From Octopus vulgaris (Eukaryota), in NCBI GenBank assembly GCA_951406725.2, contig OX597821.1, forward strand, positions 93,620,001-93,684,000: 64,000 nt of DNA, written 5' to 3'. Position numbers and translations under genes: made by a program. The notes under the pieces are model-generated. The model did not search any database and was not told where the DNA came from. It saw only the letters and a list, made by a program, of their open reading frames with translations. This document shows positions 24,071 through 38,150 of the stretch, piece by piece (the first letter of the stretch is position 1; each line of letters opens with the position of its first letter).

Positions 24071-24999
24071 GTATATTTATCAAGAAAGTCTTTTGTTAAC
24101 TCTATTTCCTAACAGGCACAAATAATTGACAGAAATGATAGAGCACCAGCCTAAATGCCTGAAAGTTTTTACTTTCTGAAATCTATTCTTTATTCATTCA
24201 AAAGCAGCTATTATTGCCTTCTCCTTTCATAACAATGGAATACATATAAATACCAGTAATTATCAATAATATGCTGAGTTTGATTCAATTGACGATAGTG
24301 ATCCCTTATAAAACAAATGATTGATTATTCATTACAACAAATCACTTGTACAATATTTTGGGATTTATTCATTTATGGAAACTCAGAAAGTTTGATTCTC
24401 TTTGGAATTTTTGTTTTATTTCTCTCTTTTATTCGTTTTTAATGATATATATTCTCATTCTCATTTGCCTTCGTTCAAGTGAGAGAGAATGAAGACAAGT
24501 TTACATGGCTCTTGATTAACAGATAAACAGACAAATGGAGTATTAGGTAGTCATATTCATATATAATTACGTTTGTAATCAAACTAGACGTACAGACAGG
24601 AAGGTAGGCAAACGGTCAGATAAACAGATGGACATAAAATGTGAGGTGATTGAAGAGATATGTTCGAAGCAATTATAAAATAAGTGATGAGAAAATACTT
24701 TGATAAGGGGAAAATGTGTATATACATACATATTTAAACACACATGTTTACACAGATGCACGTACACACACACATGCACGCACAGACACATATGTAATTA
24801 CTCAGCAAATACTAGTTTCCAGTATTTTTCAACTCTTATACATGCCTCACACTATTATAAAATCTACATAAAACTTTTAAGCACTGGAATATGTACATGT
24901 GCTTCATGAGGTCACAGCTTGGATTGTGACCCTATCTGTGTATGATATGTATATATATCAAGAGAGGAGACTTGTAGTATAGAGGAGAGAAGACTTGTA

Positions 25000-25935
25000 G
25001 TGTACAGAAGAGAAGACTGTGCTGGTATTCTCTTTTACTCTCTTTTACTTGTTTCAGTCATTTGACTGCGGCCATGCTGGAGCACCACCTTTTAGTTGAG
25101 CAAATCGACCCCAGGACTTATTCTTTGTAAGCCCAGTACTTATTCTATCGGTCTCTTTTGCCGAACTGCTAAGTGACGGGGACGTAAACACACAAGGAGG
25201 ACAAACACAGGCACACAAACACACACAGACACATATATATATACATATATACGACAGGCTTCTTTCAGTTTCCATCTACCAAATTCACTCATAAGGCATT
25301 GGTCGGCCCGGGGCTATAGCAGAAGACACTTGCCCAAGATGCCACGCAGTGGGACTGAACCCGGAACCATGTGGTTGGTTAGCAAGCTACTTACCACACA
25401 GCCACTCCTGTGCCTATGGTCATGTATGGTCATGTAATGCATATGAATGAAGACAGTTGCATCAAGAGGTGCTGATCATGTATTTGTGGAGGGAAAATGT
25501 AGAATGGGCAGACCCAGGAAGAGGTGGGATGAAGTGGTGTAAAGGATCTTCAGGTGTTGGGTACCACAGAAAGGATGACAAGGGAATGAGATACCTGGTG
25601 GTTTGCTGTGCTTGAGAAGACACATCAAGCTAATTATCCTTGTATAAAGGTATGTCCCTTGCAACCCTCTCTAACTGGGCATTCCTAAACTTGTGGGTTC
25701 ATGGGTGTTGGTGCCATGTAAAATGCACCCATACTGGTGCCACATAAACACACCCATGCCAGTGCTGCATAAAAGCACCCAGTACATTCTGTAAGCTGGT
25801 TGGCATTAGAAAAGGCATCCAACCATAGAAGCCATGCCCAAACACACATGGAGCTGGGACAGCTCTTCAGCTGGCCAGTTCCTGTCAAACGTTTCCTACC
25901 CATGCTATCATGGAAAACAAATATTAAATGATAAT
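25000..25935 (+). mobile_element. RTE LINE 3' remnant interrupted by SINE B
   Basis: VQKRRLCWY|GHVMHM..GRPRKRWDE (RTE RLRW.GH..R and GRP..W motifs) followed by a family D-like 3' UTR. Confidence 0.8.
25029..25415 (-). mobile_element. SINE family B
   Basis: Matches the family B consensus with a small internal deletion. Confidence 0.92.
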
Positions 25936-25997
25936 GATAGCTGGACAGCCAGAGAGCTATCCAGGCTCCAATTGTCTGTTTTTGGCCTTATTTCTAT

Positions 25998-26210
25998 AGT
26001 GGCGAGCTGGCAGGATCATTAGCATGCTGGGCAAAATCCTTAGTGGCATTTCGCCTGTCATTACGTTCTGAATTCAAACGCCACTGAGGTTGACTTTGCC
26101 TTTCATCCTTTCAGGGTCGATAAATTAAGTACCAGTTACGTACTGGGGTCGATCTAATCAACTGGTCCTCTCCCCAAAAATCTTGGGCCTTGTGCCTGAA
26201 GTAGAAAAGT
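25998..26210 (+). mobile_element. SINE family C variant
   Basis: GGCGAGCTGGCAG head and family C core. Confidence 0.85.
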
Positions 26211-26227
26211 ATATATATATATACTTG

Positions 26228-26950
26228 TGAACCTGACCTGGGCATTATTGTCGACAGCGATTTGCTAAAATTGCCAAGAGGCCTGAGGGTGTCTTGGCAT
26301 CACTCACCAAGTCCTTTGTGAGCCACTCTCCAGCTATCTATCTGCGGCTTTATATAGCTATGGTGCGACCTCACCTGGAATTTGCATCACCAGTCTGGAA
26401 CCCCTATCTTGCCCAGGATATTAATCACCTGGAAGCCGTTCAGTGACGTGCAACCAAGAGAATACCTTCCATCAGGCATTTGCCATATTCTGAATGCCTT
26501 ACTTCCCTGGGCATAGATACACTGAAACTATCAACGTCTGGCAGCTGACTTGGCAGACACCCATAAAATTATTAACTATCTTACAAACAATAACTCTGAG
26601 CACCTTTTCAAACTCCATCTGTCTAACACCCGTGGACATGTTTACAAAGTCAGAAAACAGCTTTCAGAAACATTTTTTCATGCTAAGAGTGGCTGAAGCA
26701 TGGAACAAACTGCTGGCATCAGTTGTTAGTTGTCGGAGCACTGCATCCTTCAAAACTTCCATGCTTCCTGAGATTCGCCAACACTACACCTGATTTTCTC
26801 CCTTCCATACATATGCAGGCATGCATCTGACTCATACACTGTTCACTTTCCAGACATTTGTACATTACTGCATATGCTTTATACGCACTTTTGACAAGTT
26901 GTGGTGCACCAGAGCACTGTATACAATAATTTCATTATTATTATTATTAT
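26228..26950 (+). mobile_element. CR1-type LINE, 3' portion of ORF2 plus UTR
   Basis: DLGIIVDSDL, LYIAMVRPHLEFASPVWNPYL..LEAVQ*RATK, TRGH, FF..RV.EAWNKL; (ATT)n tail. Confidence 0.92.
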
Positions 26951-28217
26951 ACATAGATAGATAGACAGACAGGCAGATAGATAGATAGATTATATTGATA
27001 GATTATATTGACCTTAGTGCTCAACTGGTACTTATTTAATCAACCTTGAAAGGATGAAAGACAAAGCTGACCTTAGCAGAATTTGAACTCAGAAAGTAAA
27101 GACAGATGAAATGCCACTAACTGAATACATAATAATGAGAAATAAATATTTTGAACTGAATGGCCATAAATGTATATCCTAGATGATTAGGTTGATGAAA
27201 TTTTGAAAGGATGACTTTGTACATGCATCATCTCCAAGTGGACAAGTGATACAAGGGTGATAATTGTCTTTTCATAATATTTGGTGGGATTAGAAACTTG
27301 AATTTGAAATTAATGAATATTAAGGAAAAATATGCATAGAATTCACATATTTATTGGTTTGTCTGTTTACTTATTTTTTCCCCAATAGTTAATGATGCAA
27401 GACTATGTTGACTGAATGATACTAACAAGGATAAAAAGAATTGAGAAAAACTGAGAAAAATGACAGCTAATTTTCCTTTTGAGAAAAGCTGAAAAAAGTG
27501 ACAGCTAATTTTCCTTTTGAGAGGTATGCTTTGGCAACCAAAAACAAGAAATATCAACAAAGACTTTTTAGTTACAAAAAGGATAGTATATTTGCAATAC
27601 ACCCAAATTCTACAAGCATTGCTGGTTATGTAGAATTTTTGTTGAATATTGTTTACATTATTGTAGCTGTACAAAAATATAATGACAGTAATACTTGTCA
27701 TCCTATAAAATATATGATATTGCAAGAAAAATGGTATACAATGCAGTCTTTAGAATGGTTAGCAGAGGAAACGGGTACAGAAACTGCATGTTGTGAAATA
27801 TACATGCATATACACATCCAAGTAAGGAATGTAACATGTAATTCTCTGGAACATAGAATAAAAAAAATAACTTGTTTTGTTATGTAAGTATATAAATATT
27901 ACTTCCAAACTAATGAAAAACTTAACATCTATTGACAAGAAAGAAGAAACATTTTCATATTTTACACCTAGTATATGAACTTATTTTCATACCTGTGATT
28001 ATTAGGGTACTAAGTCATGTGACCAGATGGTTAACTCATCAACAGACTTTATAAATATAAATTAATCTTCACAAAAAATTCTGAAGGCACCATTAATTGG
28101 CAGCTATGTGTTCCATCTGTGATTGCTACTGTTCAAGTCTGCAAAACTTTGCAGAAGTTGTCTCATATAAACACATGTATATGCATGCATTTATACAGAT
28201 ATACATTGACTTGTATT

Positions 28218-28375
28218 CAGGAGTGGCTATGCGGTAAGTATCTTGCTTACCAACCATATGGTTCTGGGTTCAGTGTCACTGCGTGGCACCTTGAGTAAGT
28301 GTCTTCTGCTATAGCCTCAGGCCAACTAAAGCCTTGCGAGTAGATTTGGTAAATGAAAACTGAAAGAAGCCCGTC

Positions 28376-28423
<48 letters not shown>

Positions 28424-28645
28424 GTATATTTATATGTTTGTGTGTCTGTGTTTGACCCCCCGCCATCGCTTGACAACCGATATTAGTGTGTTTACATCCC
28501 CATAACTTAGTGGTTTGGCAAAAGAGACCAATAGAATAAGTACTAGGCTTACAAAGAATAAGTCCCAGGCTCGTTTTGTTTGACTAAAGGTGGTGCTCCA
28601 GCATGGCTGCAGTCAAATGACTGAAACAAATAAAGAATAAAAGAA
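28218..28645 (+). mobile_element. SINE family B, diverged
   Basis: Matches the family B consensus. Confidence 0.9.
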
Positions 28646-29609
28646 TATATATACATATATACACACACACACAAACATTCATGAATGGTACTTATCCCAG
28701 TTATTCTGGTGATTTTGAGTTATTTCTAGGCTTATTTCTAGTCAGGGAATTTTCTTTGTTTCACCATTAAAACCTAAAAACTATAAGGAAAAAATTCTTT
28801 ATTGGAGAAATTAAATAAAAATTAATAAAAAAAAGAGTATTCATTCATTCCAGGATAAAACACTATGAAGAGAAAAACTCTTGAAGATGCAAGAGGCTGT
28901 TTTGATTCCAGTAACATCATTTCAATTCATTTCTATCAATGATACCTCAGAGAAATACACAAGTACCATAACTTCCTATTTTCTTCTGAAAAATATAGTT
29001 CCTTACACACTGACAAGAAAAACAGTAACATATAAATATATATATGTGTCTCCTTGTCTGTCTGTCTGTCTGTCACGATGTTTGCTTGTGTATATAGACA
29101 CACCTTATACGTTGATATCTATGCGTACGTACACATATCTGAATGCAGTCGATTTACTTCCTCTAGCCGAACATTCTCATAATAAAATGTTAATTCTTCC
29201 TTGAAGCCTTAGGCAAGTTTGCAAGGTAGGAAAAGAAAACATTTCCCTTTAAACCAGAAATAGCTTTTAGAAAATTGACATTAACCAAAGTGATTTTTAC
29301 TTTTAAATATTTCAATATGCCTCTATATGTATGTGTATGCATGCGTGTTTGAGTGCATGTAAGTTTAGCATGTGTGTGTCTTTGCATATCTGTGTGTGTG
29401 TGTATGTGCTTCTGTATAGTTGTTTTATCGTCATTGTTTTGTGTATGTGTATGCATATTTTCATGAAGTGTATGCATATGTAGCTGTATTGTCATCTGTT
29501 ATGCATGATTATATATGAAGATATTTCACAAGATTGATGTGTATTTTTTACAAGTGTGTACGTGTGTATATGTGAATGTATACATGTGTATGTGTACATG
29601 TTTGTGTAT

Positions 29610-29826
29610 TACTCTTCTACTCTTTTACTTGTTTCAGTCATTTGACTGCGGTCATGCTGGAGCACCGCCTTTAGTCGAGCAAATCGACCCCGGCACTTAT
29701 TCTTTGTAAGCCCAGTACTTATTCTATCGGTCTCTTTTGCCGAACTGCTAAGTGACGGGGACGTAAACACACCAGAATCGGTTGTCAAGCAATGCTAGGG
29801 GGACAAACACAGACACACAAACATAT

Positions 29827-29889
<63 letters not shown>

Positions 29890-30046
29890 TACGACAGGCT
29901 TCTTTCAGTTTCCGTCTACCAAATCCACTCACAAGGCATTGGTCGGCCCGGGGCTATAGCAGAAGACACTTGCCCAAGATGCCACGCAGTGGGACTGAAC
30001 CCGGAACCATGTGGTTGGTTAGGAAGCTACTTACCACACAGCCATT
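29610..30046 (-). mobile_element. SINE family B
   Basis: Matches the family B consensus. Confidence 0.93.
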
Positions 30047-30249
30047 CTTTCATTCGTTTTCTGTTTTTTATTCATTGGACTACAACCATGCTGGGTCTTA
30101 TTAGTTATATCAACCACATTACTTATTTTATGTCCAGTATTTATCCCATCAGACCCTTTTTGCCAACCATTAAGTTACAGGGAAATAAACAAACCAACAC
30201 CAAGTGTTCACCCACACACTATATTGCCAATCAATACAGACCTCTCTCA

Positions 30250-30655
30250 CAGGGACATGCCACCTGAGTAGGCAAATTAGGCAGTGCCTACCCCAAATAA
30301 AATACATCAATAGTAATATTTTCCTTTTATGGTAAAATATGCACTTAGTTCAATAAAATTATGAAGGTCACTCATATTACTCTGCATAAAATATAAAACA
30401 TTTTATTTTTTTGTAGGTAAGGTAGGCATAATTTTCCCCTGCCTTTCAATTTCAGAATTTAAGCTATGCATAGGACTGCTGTAGTACACATGCTGCATAC
30501 ATTCCTACAACAATGTTTTCTTTATGTGCTATAAAGGCAGAAGTAAATCTGCCTACAACTCAGTCACATGCCTGTGTTTTGCTTATTTTTTTGTGTTTTA
30601 CTACATAAACGTCACCAACTGCCTACCCTGAGTAATTACTGATGGCACATGCCTG
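30250..30655. mobile_element. hAT-type MITE
   Basis: Imperfect TIRs CAGGGACATGCCA / TGGCACATGCCTG; 8-bp TSD CTCTCTCA / CTTTCTCA; its 5' end recurs at 49800. Confidence 0.8.
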
Positions 30656-30659
30656 CTTT

Positions 30660-31126
30660 CTCATCTCTTCCCTGAGATACCACAACTTCAGATCTGACCT
30701 GTGGCTTCATCTTCCACAGGTTCCATTTACTTTGAGTGCGTGACATTTCTTTAGACAGCTCTCCTCTCCCATACATCTCACATGCTCACACCAATGCAAC
30801 CTTTTCTTCTTGCACATTAGATTTCATTCCTCTTATGTTCAGTTTTTCTCTCAGCTTATTTGTGCTGTCTTTCATAATTACTAGTATTACACATCCAGTG
30901 AAACACGCTCTTTCTAGTCTTTGCAAATGATCTACATTCAAGGTCTACATTCATAGGCGCAGGAGTGGCTGTGTGGTAAGTAGCTTGCTAACCAGCCACA
31001 TGGTTCTGGGTTCAGTCCCACTGCGTGGCACCTTGGGCAAGTGTCTTCTACTATAGCCTCAGGCCAACCAAAGCCTTGTGAGTGGATTTGGTAGACGGAA
31101 ACTGAAAGAAGCTTGTCGTATATATG

Positions 31127-31157
<31 letters not shown>

Positions 31158-31860
31158 ATGTTTGTGTGTCTGTGTTTGTCCCTCTAGCATTGCTTGACAA
31201 CCGATGCTGGTGTGTTTACGTCCCCGTCACTTAGCGGTTCGGCAAAAGAGACCGATAGAATAAGTACTGGGCTTACAATGAATAAGTCCCGGGGTCGATT
31301 TGCTCGACTAAAGGCAGTGCTCTAGCATGGCCGCAGTCAAATGACTTGAAACAAGTAAAAGAGTAAAAGAGTATTCAAGGTCCACATCTTGCTACCATGC
31401 AACTTCCCAATTCCTATGTAAGCATCATTACATACAAACTACCTTTCACTCTGTAAAAGAAGTCCTTTGTTGCCAGCAGAGATAATAATTCTTAGAAGAT
31501 GCTACAACCAGCTCTTTCTGTGGTTACAATGCTCTCAGAATATCCACCCTCAATGCTAACCAGGTCTCCAGAGTAACAAAAGCTATCTACTTTTAAAGAG
31601 CTACTTGGGCATTAAATGGAGTCTAATTCACAAGTGCTCTTAGTACTTGCTGCCCCTGTGCACTTATCACATGTGGAGAGTACTTTCACTGTTTGTCTAC
31701 CTGGATTAGGTGCCTTCCTTACTTTTAGGTCTTTAATTGTTCCATCCACCATAGAACATTTAATTGAGAAGATCCAAGTAGAAGAAAACTGTGTAAAAAG
31801 GTAGGACCAAGGAAGACAAGAAAAGAAGTGGCAGAGCTGATCCAAGGATGATGAACCTTA
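30660..31860 (-). mobile_element. Decayed RTE LINE ORF interrupted by SINE B
   Basis: VDSFCYSGDLVSIEGGYSESI..ELLSLL..KGSLY..LHGSKMWTL (RTE RT C-terminal motifs). Confidence 0.8.
30955..31372 (+). mobile_element. SINE family B, full length
   Basis: 15-bp TSD ATTCAAGGTC(T/C)ACAT at 30936-30950 and 31373-31387. Confidence 0.94.
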
Positions 31861-31949
31861 CAAAGGAGATGACAAAAGAATGCAATAAGTTGTGAGATGC
31901 TGTATTGGAGAGGATAAGTTATGCAGCATGAAAAAACATGCATTGAAAT

Positions 31950-32263
31950 AATGATGTTGACAATGATGAGGATAATGTCGATGACGATTATGATGATGAT
32001 GATGATGATGATGATAATGATGATGATGACAATGACGATGACAACGATGACGACGATGATGATGATGATGATGACGATGATGATGATGATGATGACGATG
32101 ATGATGACGACGATGATGATGACGGCAATGACAATGATGAAGACGATGATGATGACAATAATGACAATGATTACAATGCTGACGATGATGATGGCAACAA
32201 CAACGATGATGATGACAATGATGAGGACAGCAATAGTGATGATGATGATGATGATGATGATGT

Positions 32264-32299
<36 letters not shown>

Positions 32300-32730
32300 C
32301 AATGACGATGACAACAATGATGATGACAACCGCAACGATGATGATGAAGACAATGATGATGACCACAATGACGATTACAATGCTGACAATGATGATGACA
32401 ACAACAACGACAATGACAATGGCGATGACAATAATGATGACAGCAATGGTGACGATGATAATGGCAACAACAACGATGATGATAACAATGATGATGATGA
32501 CGACGACGACAACGACGACGACGACAACGACGACGACGACAATGATGACGATGATGATGATGATGATGCCGACAACGATGATGATGATGACGATGATGAT
32601 GACAATGATGATAGCAATAATGACAACGATGACAATGGTGATGATGATAACAATGAGTATGACAATGACAACGACGATGATGATGATGATGATGACGACG
32701 AAGACAATGATGATGATGATGATGATGATG
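31950..32730. repeat. Long degenerate (ATG)/(ACG)/(ACA) trinucleotide tract
   Basis: Direct reading; source of the poly-M, poly-H and poly-S ORFs. Confidence 0.95.
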
Positions 32731-33067
32731 ATATATTACACATGCACATACTCGCATGCTCACTTATACCTCCAGTCACATGTATTCCTTATTACATAAC
32801 TGTATACAAACATGTTCAAATTCGTACACAGCACATCTTATCAAGAGCAGCATAATTTCCTGTTCTCGATACACAGAATCCTCCAGCATGTACATTGGCA
32901 GCAAGACTAACTTTATCATTCTCCTATAAATGTTAATATGAGCGCATTCATATATTTATACCTTCTACATACTTAGATTTGTGTAACCATTGATGAATGT
33001 ATACATTTTTAAGTGTATGGATGCACGGGCAGAAAGACATGCACGTACATAAATACACAACCTTTTC

Positions 33068-33068
33068 T

Positions 33069-33099
<31 letters not shown>

Positions 33100-33185
33100 T
33101 GGATGGAGGATAGATGGCTGGATGGCTGGATGGCTGGAGGGATGGAGGGATGGACGGACGGACAGATGGATAGATAGATAGAAAA

Positions 33186-33230
<45 letters not shown>

Positions 33231-33317
33231 CAGACAGACATACAGACAGACGGACGGACGGACGGACGGACGGACGGTCGGATGGATGGATGGGTGGATG
33301 GATGGACGGATGGGCAA

Positions 33318-33348
<31 letters not shown>

Positions 33349-33455
33349 AATGGATGGATGGATGGATGGATGAATGGATGGATGGATGGATGTACAGATG
33401 GATGGATGAATGAACAGACATACAAACAGACAGATAGACAGACAGACAGATAGAC

Positions 33456-33513
<58 letters not shown>

Positions 33514-33640
33514 AGGGATGAATGAATGGATGGATGGACAGCCAGAAGGATAGATAGAAAGATAGATAAACAGACAGAAAGATAGACAGGCAGGCAGACA
33601 GACAGACAGATAGACAGCCAGATAGATAAATATACTCATC

Positions 33641-33685
<45 letters not shown>
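33068..33685. repeat. Compound GA/GGAT/GATA/GACG/GACA/TA microsatellite
   Basis: Direct reading. Confidence 0.95.
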
Positions 33686-33687
<2 letters not shown>

Positions 33688-34086
33688 TCTTTTTACTCTT
33701 TTACTTGTTTCAGTCATTTGACTGTGGCCATGCTGGAGCACTGCCTTTAGTCGAGCAAATCGATCGCGGGACTTATTCATTGTAAGCCCAGTACTTATTC
33801 TATTGGTCTCTTTTGCTGAACCGCTAAGTGACGGGGACGTAAACACACCAGCATCGGTTGTCAAGCAATGCTAGGGGACAAACACAAACACACAATCACA
33901 CACACACACATATATATATATACGACAGGCTTCTTTCAGTTTCCGTCTACCAAATCCACTCACAAGGCATTGGTCGGCCCGGGGCTATAGCAGAAGACAC
34001 TTGCCCAAGATGCCACGCAGTGGGACTGAACCCGCAACCATGTGGTTGGTTAGCAAGCTACTTACCACACAGCCACTCCTGCGCCT
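33686..34086 (-). mobile_element. SINE family B, full length
   Basis: Matches the family B consensus. Confidence 0.93.
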
Positions 34087-34973
34087 ATATATAGATTCTC
34101 ATATTCTTGTCTACGCATGCATATATCTATAATATACGTATGCATTTAAATCATGCTGCCACACATATACACATATATTGATATCTGTGTGTATGTATGT
34201 AACTTAATGCATGAATGTATACTTATTTTTGCAAGTGAGATTGTATATATTTATATATATTTTTACATGCAGTAATGCACGCAAGAGAGTGAGGGGTGGT
34301 CATGCACTCAAGTGAGTGCAAGCATATTTTGGATCACAAATCAGCCTTGATTTAATTTCTAATGTTCATATATATTTTCGTGAAATTTTCATGGAATTTC
34401 TAAATTATGACTCTGGTCATTGTTCTTTCACACACCCCTGCACAAACTTGCCAAATGCTTCACCATTCTATAGGAGGATAAGCAAACAAATGTGTCTTTT
34501 CTCTAGCATTTTAATTCCACAGCATTCAACCATTATTAATACATTCACATGTACCCTCCCCATACACATAACACACACATATATATATATATATATATAT
34601 GTGTGTATATAAATTTATGTTTGTATGTATTTATGCATATATTTGTGTATATATGTGTGTATATGTGTGTGTGTGTTAACATGTGTATATAAGCAGTCAT
34701 GGAAATGAATATATATATTTATACAGAGTGTATATATAGGACCATACGGAACATACATATTTAATATAAGTTAATATATTATGTGAATGCAGAGACATAA
34801 ATATGAGTTTACATATAAATGTGCTTGAAGAAGTATTTGTTTATGTATGTATTTCTATTAATATATACACACATAACTACATATACATACATGCATATAT
34901 ATGTTTATATTTGTATTTATATATATGTATGTATGCATATATATATATATATGTGTGTGTGTATGTATGTATG

Positions 34974-35043
<70 letters not shown>

Positions 35044-35552
35044 ATATATGTATGTATATATATTTATACACATTTGCATGTATTATATGCAAATGCTTTA
35101 TATTACCAAAAATACAAGAAATATTTCCTGTCTTACAATTTCATATAATCTCCTGATATATATCTTTTACTGAATTTTTCTAATTTTCCTTTTATCATCT
35201 CAATATATGTAAATGTTTGTATTTAAATTTATCTTTTCAATATCACCATAACACAAAAGCATTATGTAATACAACGAAGTATGATAATGCACCAACTTAC
35301 AAAGAATTATCTACATAGCTTCCTTAACACATAGAAGATAACAACAGCATTTTATTCAACAAATTCACTGTTATCTTGAAAATATCAACCTCTGGAACAA
35401 GTCCACAATGTCGAAACAGGTGGGCAGCAGATTTAATCAACTCTATATCAACCAGTATTGAACTGGAACTTATTGAATCTATCCCCCAAAAAGATAAAAA
35501 CCTAAGTCTACCCTTGCAGATTTTAATCTTTGACTGTGAGGAGAACCTCTTA

Positions 35553-35815
35553 ATCATCATCATCATCATCATCATCATCGTTTAACATCCATTTTTCATG
35601 CTAGCATGGGTTGGAGAGTTCAACCGGGGTCTGGGAAGCCAGGAGGCTGCACCAGGCTCCAGTCTGGTCTGCCAGTGTTTCTACAGCTGGATATCCTTCC
35701 TAACGCCAACCACTCCGTGAATGTAGTGGGTGCATTTTACGTGCCACCGGCACAGGTGCCAGGGGAGGCTGGCAACGGCTACGATCGGTTGATGCTTTCT
35801 ACGTGCCACTGGCAC
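35553..35815 (-). mobile_element. Family D copy
   Basis: Reverse of 61950-62255. Confidence 0.87.
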
Positions 35816-36189
35816 AGAATGTACATGGAATTTGTGTCCTTTGTGCTACTGATTCCGGTACACAAACCGATTGATTTCTGTTTTAAAAATAGCAAAACTC
35901 AAAGCAATAGAACCACGATAAATATCATTATCATCATCATCATCATCATCATCATTATCAATATCGTCACCATCGTCATCACAGTTGTCATTGTTGTTGT
36001 TGTCACCATCAGCATTTTAACTATATTAAATATTATCAATACAACAGCATATTAAGACCAATGCTTTATGAGTGAATCAAGGTGAATTGAGTATAAAGAA
36101 ACTGTGTGGAAGCCAGTCATGTATATGTGTGTGTTTGTGTGTGTGTGTGTGTTTGTGCATGTGTGTGTGTTAAAGTATGTATGTATATA

Positions 36190-36520
36190 TGTGAAGGCAC
36201 GTGGCTTAGCAGCTGGGTAATCGGATCATGATCTTAGAATCATGAGTTAGAAAACCAACAGTGTGTTGTGTCTTTGGGCAAGACACTTTATTTCACATTG
36301 CTCCAGTCCCCTCGGCTGGCAAAAAATGGGTAGTAGTTGTATTTTAAAGGGCCAACTTTGTTACATTCTGTGTCATGCTGAACTTCTCTGAGAACTATGT
36401 TAAGGTTAGACGTGTCTGTGGAATACTCAGCCATTGCAAGTTAATTTCACAAGGGGACTGTTCCGTTCATTGGTTGGATCAAATGGAACACTTGTCGCCA
36501 TAACTGACAGAGTGCCAGTT
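36190..36520 (+). mobile_element. Older SINE sharing the family A 3' body
   Basis: tRNA-like head, core ACACTTTATTTCACATTGCTCCAGTCC, then A-like GAGAACTA.GTTAAG..GTGTCTGTGGA. Confidence 0.75.
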
Positions 36521-36526
36521 ATTATA

Positions 36527-36821
36527 TAGGTAGGTAGGTAAGTAGGTAGATAGGTAGGTAGGTAGGTAGGTATATAGGTAGATAGGTAAGCAAGTAATTA
36601 CATAGGTTTATAGGTAAGTAGGTAATGTAATTACATATGTAGGTATGTAGGTATTTACATAGGAAGGAAGGTAGATAGGTAGGTAGGTAGGTAGGTAGTT
36701 AGGTAGGAAAGCATGTAATTACATAGGTAGATAGATAGGTAGGTAGGTGGGTAGGTAGGTAGGTAAGCAGGTAATTACATAGGTAGATAGGTAGGTAAGT
36801 AGGTAGGTAGGTAGGCAGGTA
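36527..36821. repeat. (TAGG)n tract
   Basis: Direct reading. Confidence 0.93.
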
Positions 36822-37824
36822 CATATATATATGACTGGCTTACACACACATACACACATATTCTCACAAACACACATATACACATGTATGGATGTATTTA
36901 TATAAGTATATATTGCGTGCATACATCATTGTGTTTGTGTTTCTCTCTTATAGCATTCGAGTGTTTACAGTTTTATAACCTAGCAGTTTGGCAAAAAGAG
37001 AATAATAGAATGAATATGTACTAGACTGAAAATAAGTACTGAGCTGATTTCAGCAACTAAACTCTTTGCATCAATGCCTCAGGAAGGTCACAGTCGAACG
37101 ACTGGAACACGTAAACGAATAACAGAATAGTAATTTTACCTGACCAATATAATAGTCAAATCACCCTCAGTGAAACATATATCTAAAGTTTTAAATTTTA
37201 GTGCTACATGCCCACATTGAAGACATGATGCCCAGCAGTATTATTAATGCCTAGATTTTGGGATGTAATCAGCTACAGTCATGCAATAAACAGGTCTCAT
37301 GGGGAAGAACAGAGTGAAGTAAACCAACAATAACTAATGCCTATCCAGAGGGGCTCACAAAATAAGAACAGGGGTAGGGTGAACAAAAAAGAGACAACAA
37401 GCAAGAGTGCAAAGTCACTGAAGAAAAATTATGATTAGTTGACGTTTTGGATAGTTGTCTTTTGTCAATGCAGGAGGAAAGTGAAGAGAAGAAAAGTGCT
37501 TTAAGACAGTTAAAACTTAGTTGGTGTTATTAAGAAAGAAGCTGGTGGTTAATACTAGACAGTAAGTAATCAGGGTCAAGAGTATTTTAACAGAAAAGAA
37601 CACAAAGTGAAGGGTTACAACTGTTAGTGTTTGGGAGTTCAACAGGGAAGAAATTGTGAGTATATGTATGTATATGTGTAGATACATGTGTGTATTGTAA
37701 GTTGTGCATGTATATATGTAAGTGTGAAAAGAAAAAGTGGGAGATTGTGTATATGAGAGGTGTTAGTGGAAAACAGTTCAGTTATTGATACCAAATGGAG
37801 TAGTTGTGTTAAGTGGAGATAAAG

Positions 37825-38150
37825 CCTCCGTGCCGGTGGCATGTAAAAAACACCATCCGAGCGTGATCGTTACCAGCATTGCCTTACTGGCACCTGTGCC
37901 AGTGGCATGTGTAAAAGATTCGAGTGAAGTCGTCAGTACCGCCTAACTGTCCCCATGCCGGTGGCACATAAAAGCACCCACTACACTCTCGGAGTGGTTA
38001 GCGTTAGGAAGAACATCCAGCTGTAGAAACTCTGCAAGATCAAGACTAGAGCCTGGTGCAGCCATCTGGTTCGCCAGCCCTCAGTCATTCGTCCAACCCA
38101 CACTAGCATGGAATGCGGACGTTAAACGATAATAATGATGATGATGAATG
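37825..38150 (+). mobile_element. Family D copy with internal GTGCCGGTGGCA subrepeats
   Basis: Matches family D; (GAT)n tail. Confidence 0.85.

Noticed and set aside
27985-28150. Minus-strand exon with CAG/GTATGA donor
   Set aside because: Stops occur in all frames from the plausible acceptors.
31725-32799. Long poly-Met, poly-His, poly-Ile and poly-Ser ORFs
   Set aside because: Translations of a trinucleotide microsatellite, open in many frames on both strands.
35293-35550. Minus-strand exon ending at a GTAAGT donor
   Set aside because: All three frames hit stops shortly before the donor and the peptide is not recognisable.
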